Positions 8,919-19,037 of a stretch of DNA of 64,000 nucleotides are shown piece by piece. The notes beneath the pieces were generated by a model. The model worked only from the letters and a program-made list of their open reading frames with translations. It was not told the origin of the DNA and made no database searches. The stretch is taken from the NCBI GenBank assembly GCA_020724555.1, contig DYGT01000004.1:9564-73563 (forward strand). Reading direction: 5' to 3'. The stretch comes from Candidatus Microgenomatus sp. GTDB lineage: Bacteria > Patescibacteriota > Microgenomatia > UBA8517. How positions within the stretch are numbered: the first letter of the stretch is position 1; every line of letters begins with the position of its first letter. A program made the translations under genes and the position numbers.

Positions 8919-10562
8919 TTAATTGGCGACTATCTGAAATGCTATTTCGCCACTAGGAAAATAAATCTCATAAACGACATTTGTTTCATCCGGAATTTCT
9001 TCATCTGTACCAATTATAAGGCTGTCCGGATTTTGGCGCGCAAGCTTGTAAAAATCTATTGCAACAAATCTGTATTTTGAATATGCGTCAACAGTGGAAA
9101 AACCGAATTCGTCTGCCTTTGTAAGCGTGTGATCTGCTTGAAAAAGTTCGGGCGGATACTTAGTGTAATACAACATAAGTATGTACGGCTGGTCGTAACG
9201 CGTGGTGATGAAAACTTTTTCAAACTTGTGCTCTTCTTGGACAACATAATCTGCCATTTGAGAAAATCCGTATTGCGAAGAATAAGGATATTCCTTGGGC
9301 AGATGTTTGTAATACATTATTAAATACCTGACGACGGAAAGGCAAAGAGAGAATATGATAAGCGAAAATAGTGTATACTTCATATAATTTTTTTGCTTTT
9401 TGGCAAAAATTAATATCTGCGATAATCCAAAACCACTAAAAATTGCCATGGGTATGACCATGTTTTGCGCCCGCAGAGCATGTGGAGACTGAAACGTAAA
9501 AGCCGCAGCCGCAGGAGATATCAATAGCCACCAAAAAACAAATCCCCATCCTTTAAATTTCTTGGCTATTTGCGACCCGGCAACGAGGATAAACACAATC
9601 TCCACTAGATATAAAAGCCCTGTTTCAGGGACTTTATTGCGCTGTATCTCATCTCCTGAAATAAACAAAAATTCACCTTTGTAGTGCTTTCCCCAATTTG
9701 AAAGAAATTTCATCGTATACTCAAGGGGTTTATTGTGAAAGGCTTTGGCGCTTATACCTCCAATATCCTGATGTTGGCCTCTAAGCTCATTAATGCGGTT
9801 AATAATTCCAGGGTCTGCCGTAATTCCCACTCCACCAGCGCGAGACAAACCCCCACCTATGAGTAACGAATAAATAAGCGGCAACGCCAAAACAATGCCA
9901 ATTGCAAGCGAGGCTATAAACGTTTTGGCGTTTCTTTTTATATAGGACCGGTTAAAAAACAAAAGGCCCAAACCTAAAAGAGGCGCAACAACCAAAGAGG
10001 CATGATAAATATATAAAGAAATTACAAAAGCTATAATCGAAAAAAAATAATATTTAGGTTTTTTTGTGGCATTTAAAAACAATAAAACGCCCAGCAACAT
10101 AAAAAACGTCGCAACATTCACTTCCCAGGCGCCGCGGGAAAAATGGATATGCCACGGGGAAATTGCAAGCATTAATGCCGCCGAAAGTGAAAAATACTCC
10201 TTTTTTTCTTCTTGCAGATTGCCAAACCAATTTTTTACCAACAATGCAATTAAAAATATGCTTAAACTTCCCAAAAAAATGGAAACAAATCTGATGCTTA
10301 ATGCATTTAAGCCAAATAAATAGACAAAGGGTAAAATCAGATAAACGTATCCGCCGGGCTTATAATCATTAAAAGACTGAAAATGTATCGGCCAGGCATT
10401 TCCATGCTCGTCTTTTCCGGTTTGGATTAAAGAATAGGCGTTGTATCCCAAAGCCGCCTCGTCCGCATTTATTGGAGGTAAAGTCGCGGACTTACATAGT
10501 CTTAAAATAAGACCAAGCAAGAAAATTAATAATAATAATAAATAATACTTATTCTGTTTCAT
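8919..10562 (-). CDS. ArnT/PMT-like GT-C glycosyltransferase (family A)
   Basis: NADEAALGYNAYSLIQTGKDEHG, DYKP, SPWHIHFSR..WE; multi-TM with C-terminal extracytoplasmic domain. Confidence 0.88.
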   Translation of the reverse strand: MKQNKYYLLLLLIFLLGLILRLCKSATLPPINADEAALGYNAYSLIQTGKDEHGNAWPIHFQSFNDYKPGGYVYLILPFVYLFGLNALSIRFVSIFLGSLSIFLIALLVKNWFGNLQEEKKEYFSLSAALMLAISPWHIHFSRGAWEVNVATFFMLLGVLLFLNATKKPKYYFFSIIAFVISLYIYHASLVVAPLLGLGLLFFNRSYIKRNAKTFIASLAIGIVLALPLIYSLLIGGGLSRAGGVGITADPGIINRINELRGQHQDIGGISAKAFHNKPLEYTMKFLSNWGKHYKGEFLFISGDEIQRNKVPETGLLYLVEIVFILVAGSQIAKKFKGWGFVFWWLLISPAAAAFTFQSPHALRAQNMVIPMAIFSGFGLSQILIFAKKQKNYMKYTLFSLIIFSLCLSVVRYLIMYYKHLPKEYPYSSQYGFSQMADYVVQEEHKFEKVFITTRYDQPYILMLYYTKYPPELFQADHTLTKADEFGFSTVDAYSKYRFVAIDFYKLARQNPDSLIIGTDEEIPDETNVVYEIYFPSGEIAFQIVAN

Positions 10563-12186
10563 TGACTTTTAATACATAAAATGCGGCTGTACCGTCCGGA
10601 TAATCGATTTCTTTGCTTAAACTAAGCTTGGGTATTTGTGAAATTTTATCTAAAGGCAGGGTAACTGCACTAACAATTAAATATGAATTGTCCGTAGCAT
10701 ATATTTCCCCCCAATTAAGATCCTGAAAGTAAACATTGCCTACTTTTTCAACTAAACCTACGTCCGCATTTCCACTTTCTTTAAATGAATTAGCGTTTTG
10801 GTACTCCAGAGGGTCGTATTGGCTATAAAATAAATAATAAATATAGGGCTGGTTATACGACTGCTCAACAAAAACGGTGCTATCATCCGCAATTTTATCT
10901 ATTTCTAAAGCCATTTGTTTATATCCATAGCCCCACTGTCGGGCTTGAAGCTCTGGCAAGTGGACAAATTCCGCTTCGACAAACAACAAAAAAGAAACTA
11001 TGTATGAAAAAATCAATATAACCAGAGCTTTTTTACTAAATTTTTCATAAAGTGAGGCTACACCTAAGGCAGCCAAAATAATTAAGGGTACGGATAAATA
11101 TAAGGCTCTCACGGCATGGACTTGGTCGCGCGACAGGGCAGCCGGTAATGGTGCCAGTAATAACCAAAGCAAAACAAGCGCTCGGTTTTTATCAAACCTT
11201 CGGAATAAATAAAATAATCCCACGGGTATAGTTACGATGCTTGCCAGAAGCATCATGCCATGGTATGGAGGGCTATGTCTGGGGTTTTGCCAATCACCTG
11301 TAAAAAACAAAAAATCGGTTGAATAGTGATTAAAGTAGCGCCCCAATATTCCGCGCAAAAAATTATATGGTTCGGAATAAAACAGATAATAAGCCGTACT
11401 GCCCACTTTTACATTTGCCTGAGATATAAAAGCATCGCGGTACTGGCTTGGCCGGGGATAAGAAAAAACGCTGAAAACAGATAGCCGGCCGGTCTGGCCT
11501 TTAAAAAATGACATAGCCACCGGCAGCAAAAATATTAATCCAGTAATTATTGATATTAATAAGTACTTAAATCTTATTTTAATAAATTGCTGATAAAAAA
11601 GTGCCAAAAGAAAAATTAGTAAAAACAAACTCATGAATTTGGCGCCTTGATAAGTCCACAACGTCAATCCAAAAGCAATAGCCGAAAAGATTAAATATTT
11701 GTTCTTATTTAGGGCTATGAGGAAAAAATATACAGCCATTATTGTCAACAGCAAAGCAATATTTACTTCCCAAGCGCCGCGGGAAAAATGAACCGACCAG
11801 GGATTTATCGCAAGCAGAAGTGAAGAAATATACGCCGTTTTTTGCCCAAAAAGTTTTTTCATTAACAAATACATAAAGAGCACGGACAGCGTCCCACCTA
11901 AAACACTCGGTAAACGAACAGCAACTTCGGTTAAGCCAAGAAAAGCAACAAACGGAATTGTCAGATATACATATAGACCGGGCTTATAATCTCCAAATGA
12001 TTTGAAGATAACCGGTAAAAGTGCTCCGTGCTCATCGCGCCCGGTTTTTAATATGGAATACGCATTATATCCCAAAGCCGCCTCGTCCGCAGTTAAACTT
12101 GGAGGGTTACTACCAATATCATAAAACCTGATTATAAATGCCGCAGTTAAAATTGCGGCCATGGTTGCTATATTTTTATTCTTCAT
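10549..12186 (-). CDS. ArnT/PMT-like GT-C glycosyltransferase (family A)
   Basis: TADEAALGYNAYSILKTGRDEHG, SFGDYKP, VRLPS. Start moved from 12210 to ATG 12186, which overlaps the upstream stop. Confidence 0.88.
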   Translation of the reverse strand: MKNKNIATMAAILTAAFIIRFYDIGSNPPSLTADEAALGYNAYSILKTGRDEHGALLPVIFKSFGDYKPGLYVYLTIPFVAFLGLTEVAVRLPSVLGGTLSVLFMYLLMKKLFGQKTAYISSLLLAINPWSVHFSRGAWEVNIALLLTIMAVYFFLIALNKNKYLIFSAIAFGLTLWTYQGAKFMSLFLLIFLLALFYQQFIKIRFKYLLISIITGLIFLLPVAMSFFKGQTGRLSVFSVFSYPRPSQYRDAFISQANVKVGSTAYYLFYSEPYNFLRGILGRYFNHYSTDFLFFTGDWQNPRHSPPYHGMMLLASIVTIPVGLFYLFRRFDKNRALVLLWLLLAPLPAALSRDQVHAVRALYLSVPLIILAALGVASLYEKFSKKALVILIFSYIVSFLLFVEAEFVHLPELQARQWGYGYKQMALEIDKIADDSTVFVEQSYNQPYIYYLFYSQYDPLEYQNANSFKESGNADVGLVEKVGNVYFQDLNWGEIYATDNSYLIVSAVTLPLDKISQIPKLSLSKEIDYPDGTAAFYVLKVNETE

Positions 12187-13846
12187 ATATTTCATAGGCA
12201 ACATCCCCATTCAGAAAATAGATTTCGTCTATTTTATCCCAATCCGAAGGGGCATTACCCGCACTGGTTATCAACAAACAACGCGCCTCCCCGCAATCAA
12301 CCAAATCTCCGCTTTCCAGGTAAAAACTATACTGAGGGCCTTTTACAATTTCCCAATCGTTTAAAAAATAAAATTTGTCAAAGCTATCAACCCAGTACCA
12401 ATTTGATTGGTAAAAGCGCTTTAAATTTTCATCATTTCTATAATCTGCGGGGTCCCATGGCCAATAAAATAAAATAAACTCGTGTGGCTCGCCGTATTTT
12501 TTTGTAACCAAAAACTTATCATAGTTTTCATATCTATTTTTTATATAGTCAACAAGTTGTTTTGTTCCGTATTGCCAGCTCCACGAATAATTATTCCTGT
12601 ATTCGCCCGTATAATAATTGATATAGGCTGCATAACTTAATAATAAAATCGCTAAATATAAAGCCAAAAAAACATATTTATAAAAAATTACTTTTATCTT
12701 ATCCAAGATATGCTTTAACCCAGATGCGATAAAAACAACAGCAGCTGGCGCCATGATTAGACTCCTTAATGCATGGGGCGACTCGCGGGTTACACTTGCC
12801 GCCAGTGGTGCGAGCAATAACCACGACAAAAAAAGTATTTGCCATTTTTTGCGCTCACGCAAGGAAGCTAAAACGCCCCAATAAAAGGTAAGGACATGCA
12901 CAAAAGATAAAAGCCCAACTCCCGGCAGGCTAAATTGGTAATGACCGGAACCCCTAAAAAACAAAAATCTTGGGTCAAAATGAGAAATATAATTATTAAT
13001 AAATCTGGGGACAAAATAAGTTACGCGATTATATATGAAGCGAGTTATAAGCGGAGAATAGTTTGTATTTTGGCGCAATAAACCAATTTCATAAAGTGCA
13101 TTATCGTTAATAATAGCAACCAACCCATATCTGGCTTGGCCCTGAGGCATTATTAACTGATAAATCATTGGAAGAAAAAACAAAGAAAGCACTAATAAAG
13201 ACAGCAATAAATTAATTTTAGTAAAATTCTTAAACAATTCTTTTTTGTAAAGAATTAGCAAACCGGTAACAAAAAGAGGCGTAAAAACCCGTGCAGTATT
13301 ATAAGTCCAAACCGAAAGACCGAAAAACAGAAAACTAAACATTAAATTGGCGGTTTTGCCCTCTTTTGCTCTAAAGAAAAAAAAGACTGCTGCTAAAACA
13401 AAAAAATTGGCCAGATTTGCCTCCAGAGCGGCTCTTGAAACCAGCACAGTCCAAGACTCAAGTGCCATAAACAGAGCAGCAAAAACAGAAATTTTTTCGT
13501 CTTTTGTAACTTTTTTTATTAAAAAATAAATAAGAATCACCGAAGCCGTCCCCGCCAAAACAGACGGAAGCCGCACGGACCACGCATTCAAACCCAAAAG
13601 CCAGACAAAAGGCACGGTCGTATAGATGTATGCCGGAAGCTTATAATCCCCATATGCTCTAAAAATCAGAGGAAAACTTTTTCCCCACTCGTCTTTACCT
13701 GTTTTTAAAATTGAGTATGCATTATAACCATGGCTTACCTCGTCCCAATTTAGTGCTGGCGGATTGGTTGATAAACCGATTAATCTTACGAGAGCAGCTA
13801 TTATAAAAATGGCAACAAAAAAATATTTATAGATATATGTCTGCAT
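12176..13846 (-). CDS. ArnT/PMT-like GT-C glycosyltransferase (family A)
   Basis: NWDEVSHGYNAYSILKTGKDEWG, YGDYK, VRLPS, WQYG motifs. Confidence 0.88.
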   Translation of the reverse strand: MQTYIYKYFFVAIFIIAALVRLIGLSTNPPALNWDEVSHGYNAYSILKTGKDEWGKSFPLIFRAYGDYKLPAYIYTTVPFVWLLGLNAWSVRLPSVLAGTASVILIYFLIKKVTKDEKISVFAALFMALESWTVLVSRAALEANLANFFVLAAVFFFFRAKEGKTANLMFSFLFFGLSVWTYNTARVFTPLFVTGLLILYKKELFKNFTKINLLLSLLVLSLFFLPMIYQLIMPQGQARYGLVAIINDNALYEIGLLRQNTNYSPLITRFIYNRVTYFVPRFINNYISHFDPRFLFFRGSGHYQFSLPGVGLLSFVHVLTFYWGVLASLRERKKWQILFLSWLLLAPLAASVTRESPHALRSLIMAPAAVVFIASGLKHILDKIKVIFYKYVFLALYLAILLLSYAAYINYYTGEYRNNYSWSWQYGTKQLVDYIKNRYENYDKFLVTKKYGEPHEFILFYWPWDPADYRNDENLKRFYQSNWYWVDSFDKFYFLNDWEIVKGPQYSFYLESGDLVDCGEARCLLITSAGNAPSDWDKIDEIYFLNGDVAYEIYEE

Positions 13847-15505
13847 TTAAGGTAAAGCTTGATAAGCAAAAGGCAAAGTATCGGGGTTTACTATCCAAAA
13901 AGCATCGGATAAATCGGGGTATTTTACGACATGGATAACGGGAGCATCCGGCGGAAATTCCTCCGGCCGGCCCACCAACAAAACAGAAGATAAAGCTTTA
14001 TATTTTGGATAATCCATGCTTGTAAAAACGTATTTACCCAGCCTGTACTCAGGCATTTGGTCTACCCATTTAACCCCCAGTTCACGATAATTCCAGTCTT
14101 TTACCGCATTTTGATAAACTGACGGATCTAAACGAGAATAAAAAGCATAATAAATATGCGCTTCTGATAATGATTTGGAAATAATAATTTGCTCGTATGG
14201 TTTGTCTATTTCATTTAAGTAAGTAAAAATATCTTCTGCTCCATAAAGCATAGCGCGGGCAGTTGTGTATTTTTGCTGAATAAAATATTTTTCAGCAAAA
14301 AACACTAAAGACAGTAAATATAAAGCCAAAACACATTTTGTAAATACGGCTTTCTTACGGCGAGACATGATCTCATAAATATTATTCCAACCCACTGCAA
14401 GTAAAATCGACAGCGCCGGAAGCATAATAATCGCGCGGTTGGCGGCATATCCCGGCCCACGCGACAAGGCCGCCGGAATCGGGGCGGTTAATAGCCAAAA
14501 CACAAGCCAGGGAGCTTTTTTAAGCTCTTTTATATTAATAAAAATACCAACAATAAACAGAAGTTCCAGTAAATACAAAACACCCACTCCTGGCATCATC
14601 CCGTATGTTCCCTCACCGGCTCCGCTGGAAAACAAAAATTGCGGTGAAAAATATTGAAAGTATTGATCCAAAAAAGTTTTTCCCAAAACCAAAAATCTGT
14701 TATTAAATAAACGCGCCCAAGTAAGGGGCAAACCGGCCAGCATTGCGTTAAACCTTGCATCTGCCGGAGGTTTGGTATCTAGGATTGTACTCGTCGCCAG
14801 ACGGTCTCCTGCCCCTTTAAACATACTTACCAAAGCGAGTATAAAAAAGGCAGCAAAAACCAAAAGAAAGATTAAAAAATTTCTATTCTTTAAATGATTT
14901 TGCCAATTTTTAGGATTAAATTTATATATGATTAAAAATCCCAAAACAAGAGGAGTTATAAGTCTTGCGGAATGGTAAGTAAAAAGATTCAAGCCCAAAA
15001 AGAACCCGGATAAAGCCGCCTGTTTTTTGGATTTCGTTATGCCCCAAAAAAAATAAATACCGGCTGTTAAAAAAAAGGTCGTGAGATTAGCCTCAAACGC
15101 CCCTCTGCTCATGGCAATGTGCCAAGGGGATATAGCCAAGATAAATGCCGCCATTAATGCTATTTTTTCGCTACCAAAACTGCGTTTTGTCAACAAATAA
15201 GTAAAATAGGTAGCGCCAACGCCCAAAAGTGCCACCGGCAAGCGGACGGCAAATTCGCTCAAACCAAAGATCAATACGCTGGGAATAGCCAGATATGCCA
15301 AAAGTGGCATTTTTCCGTCGCCAAAAGATTGAAGCACTATCGGGAATTTATTCCCCCATTGATCTTTGCCGGTTTTTAGTATGCTATAAGCATCATAACC
15401 AAACGATGCTTCATCGGGAGTAAAACCAAAAGGATAGTCAGATAAACCAATTAATCTAATAAAAGCAGAAATGGTTAAAATTAAAACCAATAATTTATTT
15501 CCCAT
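13847..15505 (-). CDS. ArnT/PMT-like GT-C glycosyltransferase (family A)
   Basis: PDEASFGYDAYSILKTGKDQWG, VRLP, SPWHIAMSR..FE motifs. Confidence 0.88.
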   Translation of the reverse strand: MGNKLLVLILTISAFIRLIGLSDYPFGFTPDEASFGYDAYSILKTGKDQWGNKFPIVLQSFGDGKMPLLAYLAIPSVLIFGLSEFAVRLPVALLGVGATYFTYLLTKRSFGSEKIALMAAFILAISPWHIAMSRGAFEANLTTFFLTAGIYFFWGITKSKKQAALSGFFLGLNLFTYHSARLITPLVLGFLIIYKFNPKNWQNHLKNRNFLIFLLVFAAFFILALVSMFKGAGDRLATSTILDTKPPADARFNAMLAGLPLTWARLFNNRFLVLGKTFLDQYFQYFSPQFLFSSGAGEGTYGMMPGVGVLYLLELLFIVGIFINIKELKKAPWLVFWLLTAPIPAALSRGPGYAANRAIIMLPALSILLAVGWNNIYEIMSRRKKAVFTKCVLALYLLSLVFFAEKYFIQQKYTTARAMLYGAEDIFTYLNEIDKPYEQIIISKSLSEAHIYYAFYSRLDPSVYQNAVKDWNYRELGVKWVDQMPEYRLGKYVFTSMDYPKYKALSSVLLVGRPEEFPPDAPVIHVVKYPDLSDAFWIVNPDTLPFAYQALP

Positions 15506-15511
15506 TATTTT

Positions 15512-15517
15512 ATTATA
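15512..15517 (-). promoter_or_regulatory. -10 hexamer TATAAT, 6 nt before ATG 15505
   Basis: Consensus hexamer in a 21-bp gap; no Shine-Dalgarno. Confidence 0.6.
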
Positions 15518-15526
15518 ACGATATAT

Positions 15527-17206
15527 TTAGTAAACCTCGACAATCAGCCAAGCAACTTCACCATTGGGGAACAAAACCTGCTCCACTACCCGAGCCTCAT
15601 TTGGGTCGATATCCTTGGGCCTTACCCGCTCCGGAGGCCCGACAAAAAGGTGCCCGGATTTATATCGATCCTCGGGCCAATATATAGGCCTGAATTCATA
15701 ATTATCATAGCCGGCGCCTTCACCTAAGGACTGTGGATCGGCCTGAATCAGTCGCGCTTGTGGTTGATACAGTTCCGGTGGATATTTTTGAAAGAACAAA
15801 AAGAATATGTAAGGACCTTGGTAAGTTGTATCTACCACAACTTTTTGATAATGAGCTGCAAGCGGGGTAACTTTATTAACTACCTCCTGATAACCCCACT
15901 GCCACCCTGCCGGGCCCTTATAATTTTTTTTAGGAGTATAAATGTAATAGCTTATAAAATAAAAGGCTAGTAAATATGTTGAAACTAAAGCGGCTAACAC
16001 CAATAATAATTTTTTTAATTTTACTGGTTGCTTTTTAATAATCGCCGCCGATTCCCAAAAGCCAAGCGAAGACAACATCAATAACGGATAAACCATATTA
16101 AACGCACGGCGGGCGTGTACCGGATCGCGTGTAATAGCAGCAGGCAGTGGAGCCAATAATAGCCACCCAACAGTAAACATGCGGTTCTTTTTTTTAAGCT
16201 TGCCAAGAGAAGTTAAACCCAAAAATATAAATGGCAAATCAAACAAATAAAGCATACCCATATCAAAAATGTATTGCCTGGGGTCTTCCGAAGGACCGAA
16301 AAAAAATAAAAATCTGGGTGAAAAATGAGTCAAATACCGATCGATAAACCCAAAAGTGCCTTCGGCCAGAGAACTATGAAACAAGTCATAAGTTAATACT
16401 GAAGTGCTTAATTTTTGAACTTGCGTAACATACTCGCCTGGGCGTTGATAGCCAAAGACAGTTGTTTTAAGAATTTTTTCCTGATGCCCTTGGGATACAA
16501 GAGACGAAAAAATGGGTAAGGCAAAAATAAGTATAACAAAGATGATTTTTAATAAAATCTTTTTTCTCTCAAAAAGTTGTTTACGGTTAACAAACAACAA
16601 CCATAAAAAAATGAGCGGAACAAACAATCTTTCTCCAAAATAACTATAGATAGAAAGTGAAAAAAATACAGCTGATAAATAATAAAGTTTGGGCTTTTTA
16701 TTACCATACAAGAAAAAGGCAATACCTGCTGTCGTAAATATGGTGGCAAAACCCACATCCGCCCCTCCTCTGCTGAATTGCAGATGCCAAGGAGAGAAAC
16801 AAAGCATTAAGGCCGAGACAAAAGCAACTTTTCTTTGCGTCAAAACTTTAACTATAAAATAAAAGGCCACAACGGAAAAAGAAGACGTAAGACTCGGAAG
16901 TAAACGGACAGACCATAAATTTAATCCAAAAATTTTAATAAAGGGTACCAAAGCATATATAAACAAAGGCGCTTTATAGTCTCCGACTGATTTAAATTGC
17001 AAGGGCATAAAATTGCCATATTCATCTTTGCCTGTTTTTAGGATTGAATAGGCATTATAAGCAAAACTAGTTTCGTCCCAATTTAAACTAACCGGTACTT
17101 TATTTATAAACACAATCCTTAGTAAAAAAGCTAGAATAAAGATACCGAAAGGCAGTAAAAGATCGCCACTTACCTTATTATTTTTAAATTTTTCCAGGAC
17201 TTTCAT
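15527..17206 (-). CDS. ArnT/PMT-like GT-C glycosyltransferase (family A)
   Basis: NWDETSFAYNAYSILKTGKDEYG, GDYK, SPWHLQFSR, WQWGY motifs. Confidence 0.88.
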   Translation of the reverse strand: MKVLEKFKNNKVSGDLLLPFGIFILAFLLRIVFINKVPVSLNWDETSFAYNAYSILKTGKDEYGNFMPLQFKSVGDYKAPLFIYALVPFIKIFGLNLWSVRLLPSLTSSFSVVAFYFIVKVLTQRKVAFVSALMLCFSPWHLQFSRGGADVGFATIFTTAGIAFFLYGNKKPKLYYLSAVFFSLSIYSYFGERLFVPLIFLWLLFVNRKQLFERKKILLKIIFVILIFALPIFSSLVSQGHQEKILKTTVFGYQRPGEYVTQVQKLSTSVLTYDLFHSSLAEGTFGFIDRYLTHFSPRFLFFFGPSEDPRQYIFDMGMLYLFDLPFIFLGLTSLGKLKKKNRMFTVGWLLLAPLPAAITRDPVHARRAFNMVYPLLMLSSLGFWESAAIIKKQPVKLKKLLLVLAALVSTYLLAFYFISYYIYTPKKNYKGPAGWQWGYQEVVNKVTPLAAHYQKVVVDTTYQGPYIFFLFFQKYPPELYQPQARLIQADPQSLGEGAGYDNYEFRPIYWPEDRYKSGHLFVGPPERVRPKDIDPNEARVVEQVLFPNGEVAWLIVEVY

Positions 17207-17796
17207 ACCTTAGCCGGCAGCAAATAAAGATAATCGTGCAAAAACCGTAAGTATTCATAAATAAAAATCATAAGTAAAAACAAAACAACTTTAGGTTTTA
17301 TTTTGATAAGCCTTGCCAAACCTACCCCGGCTAAGGTGCACAATATAAATAATGCGGGCAGTCTAACAAAAGTATTATATTCATGGGCGATAAAACCGGC
17401 CGGGAGTAATGAAACTATAAGACATATAAAAGTCAGTAAACGCAATTTATTGTTTAAATAGTAAATACCCGCCAACATCAAAGGTAAATAAGATAAATAC
17501 AAACAGCCCGCAATTATCGCTCCGGAAAAAAATAAGTAATGAGGCTCAAAAGTGTTGCCAATGCGAATAAGTATCATTCTTCCTCTATAAGTCACTTTGT
17601 TGGCAAAAAGCCTGGCCACAAAATTGGGCATTCCTGCCTCAAACAATAAGCCACGATTGTTGTTTATAGTTTCCCGGGCTACACGGTCTGAAACAGTAAT
17701 TGTTTCACCTGGCGAAAAGTCTTTCTGGCCTAAAGTAAAAAGAGCAGCAGGAGATAATATAAATAAAAATATTGCTGCTGTAATAATATTTTTCAT
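17203..17796 (-). CDS. Short membrane protein homologous to the central part of family A GT-C; lacks the DE catalytic loop
   Basis: ARLFANK and FEPHYLFF match RLF.N[KR] and F[DS]P.FLFF of neighbours; 4-bp ATGA overlaps at both ends. Confidence 0.7.
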   Translation of the reverse strand: MKNIITAAIFLFILSPAALFTLGQKDFSPGETITVSDRVARETINNNRGLLFEAGMPNFVARLFANKVTYRGRMILIRIGNTFEPHYLFFSGAIIAGCLYLSYLPLMLAGIYYLNNKLRLLTFICLIVSLLPAGFIAHEYNTFVRLPALFILCTLAGVGLARLIKIKPKVVLFLLMIFIYEYLRFLHDYLYLLPAKV

Positions 17797-19037
17797 TTAC
17801 TATTAAAAAAGTATTTCCCATAAAGAAAGGCAAAAATTATCAGTTGGGTTGCGGCAACAATATTCATAAATGCCGGATTTGTATATAAAGCTTCCCAGAA
17901 ATCAACATTAGGTACCCAAAACAGATGGTATAAATTCATAAGATGCGCCAAAGATAAGATTGAAATGGGTATAACTAGTTTTGGCTTATATGTCATCAAT
18001 ACCGTGGCTACCGGAAAAAATGGATACAGGTAGCGCTCGTGAATACGGCTCATAAACAAAAATGTGATTAAGGCGGATAGTGCCAGCGCATAAAAAACCT
18101 TCTCATTTTTAGGTTTTTTAAGCCTTAAAAAAAGTAGCGCGATTAAACCCAAAGATAGTAAATATCCCCAAAGGCGAGCTGTTAAGCCAAAAAATTTAAT
18201 AGAATCATATGTCCTACCCGGGTCAACAAGCCACCAAAAATTAAATGCGTTTGCCGTTAAAAAGCCAATCTCTCCCGGTAAAATCCGCTCACGGTAAAGG
18301 TTAATAAGCCAGATAAATAAATCAAACTTTGGATAAAACCACAAAGATACGCCTACCGCTATTAGAGCTGCAGCGAAAATCGCTTTCAACCATACAGTTG
18401 GTTTGTAATTTTGTTTGACTGCAACAAAAAGCAAAACAGGTACAAAGATGGCAAGCGAACCTTTAAAAAGAATAGACAAAGTAAAATACACGGAAGTAAA
18501 AACTAACTTTTTATTCAGAAGTGCAAATATTCCTAATAGTCCTAATAAGTTTACAATTGCGTCCGTTTGCCCCCAGACTGCTGAATTGTACCATGTAACC
18601 GGATTTATCAGCCAGATAACAAGTGCCAAAAGTGCGTATTTTGGCTTATGTTTTTTTACAAAATTATAAAGCAGCAAACCGATGCCCAAGTCGGCTAAAA
18701 TTGAAGGTATTTTTACTAAAAAAGTCATCCCGCGCTCTTCCCAAAACCAAATAAAGGGAGAGGGAAAAATAGGTATTTGTGCGTTCAGAGAACGGATAAA
18801 ATCATAAACATACTCCCAAACTGCCCGCAAAAAAACAAATAATAAAATATATAAAGGTGGCTGGTTGGGAGCTGAAAAAGACCAGATGTCATATTCATAA
18901 AAACCATTTAAACCGCGCACAAAACCCATAGTTCCCCAGGAAATGTTATTATTAAGATCTCCGTGGTAACCCCAAAACATCACCATTAGCCGCAAAACAA
19001 ATCCCAAAATCAAAATAATTAAAACTTTTTTATTCAT
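17793..19037 (-). CDS. GT87/ALG6-like GT-C membrane glycosyltransferase
   Basis: YHGDL, PNQPP, KIPSILAD, NSAVWGQTD, HERYLYP motifs. Confidence 0.8.
   Translation of the reverse strand: MNKKVLIILILGFVLRLMVMFWGYHGDLNNNISWGTMGFVRGLNGFYEYDIWSFSAPNQPPLYILLFVFLRAVWEYVYDFIRSLNAQIPIFPSPFIWFWEERGMTFLVKIPSILADLGIGLLLYNFVKKHKPKYALLALVIWLINPVTWYNSAVWGQTDAIVNLLGLLGIFALLNKKLVFTSVYFTLSILFKGSLAIFVPVLLFVAVKQNYKPTVWLKAIFAAALIAVGVSLWFYPKFDLFIWLINLYRERILPGEIGFLTANAFNFWWLVDPGRTYDSIKFFGLTARLWGYLLSLGLIALLFLRLKKPKNEKVFYALALSALITFLFMSRIHERYLYPFFPVATVLMTYKPKLVIPISILSLAHLMNLYHLFWVPNVDFWEALYTNPAFMNIVAATQLIIFAFLYGKYFFNSK

Noticed and set aside
10528-10547. (AAT)n-like microsatellite, and many A/T runs of 7-8 nt throughout the window
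   Set aside because: They encode Leu/Phe/Lys runs in intact membrane proteins of an AT-rich genome. Only the 1980-1986 tract has a meaningful alternative reading.
17203-17796. Pseudogene call for the short GT-C-like ORFs (also 36016-36837)
   Set aside because: Uninterrupted frames, precise ATGA overlaps and no adjacent remnant of the missing parts; kept as CDS, although decay is not excluded.
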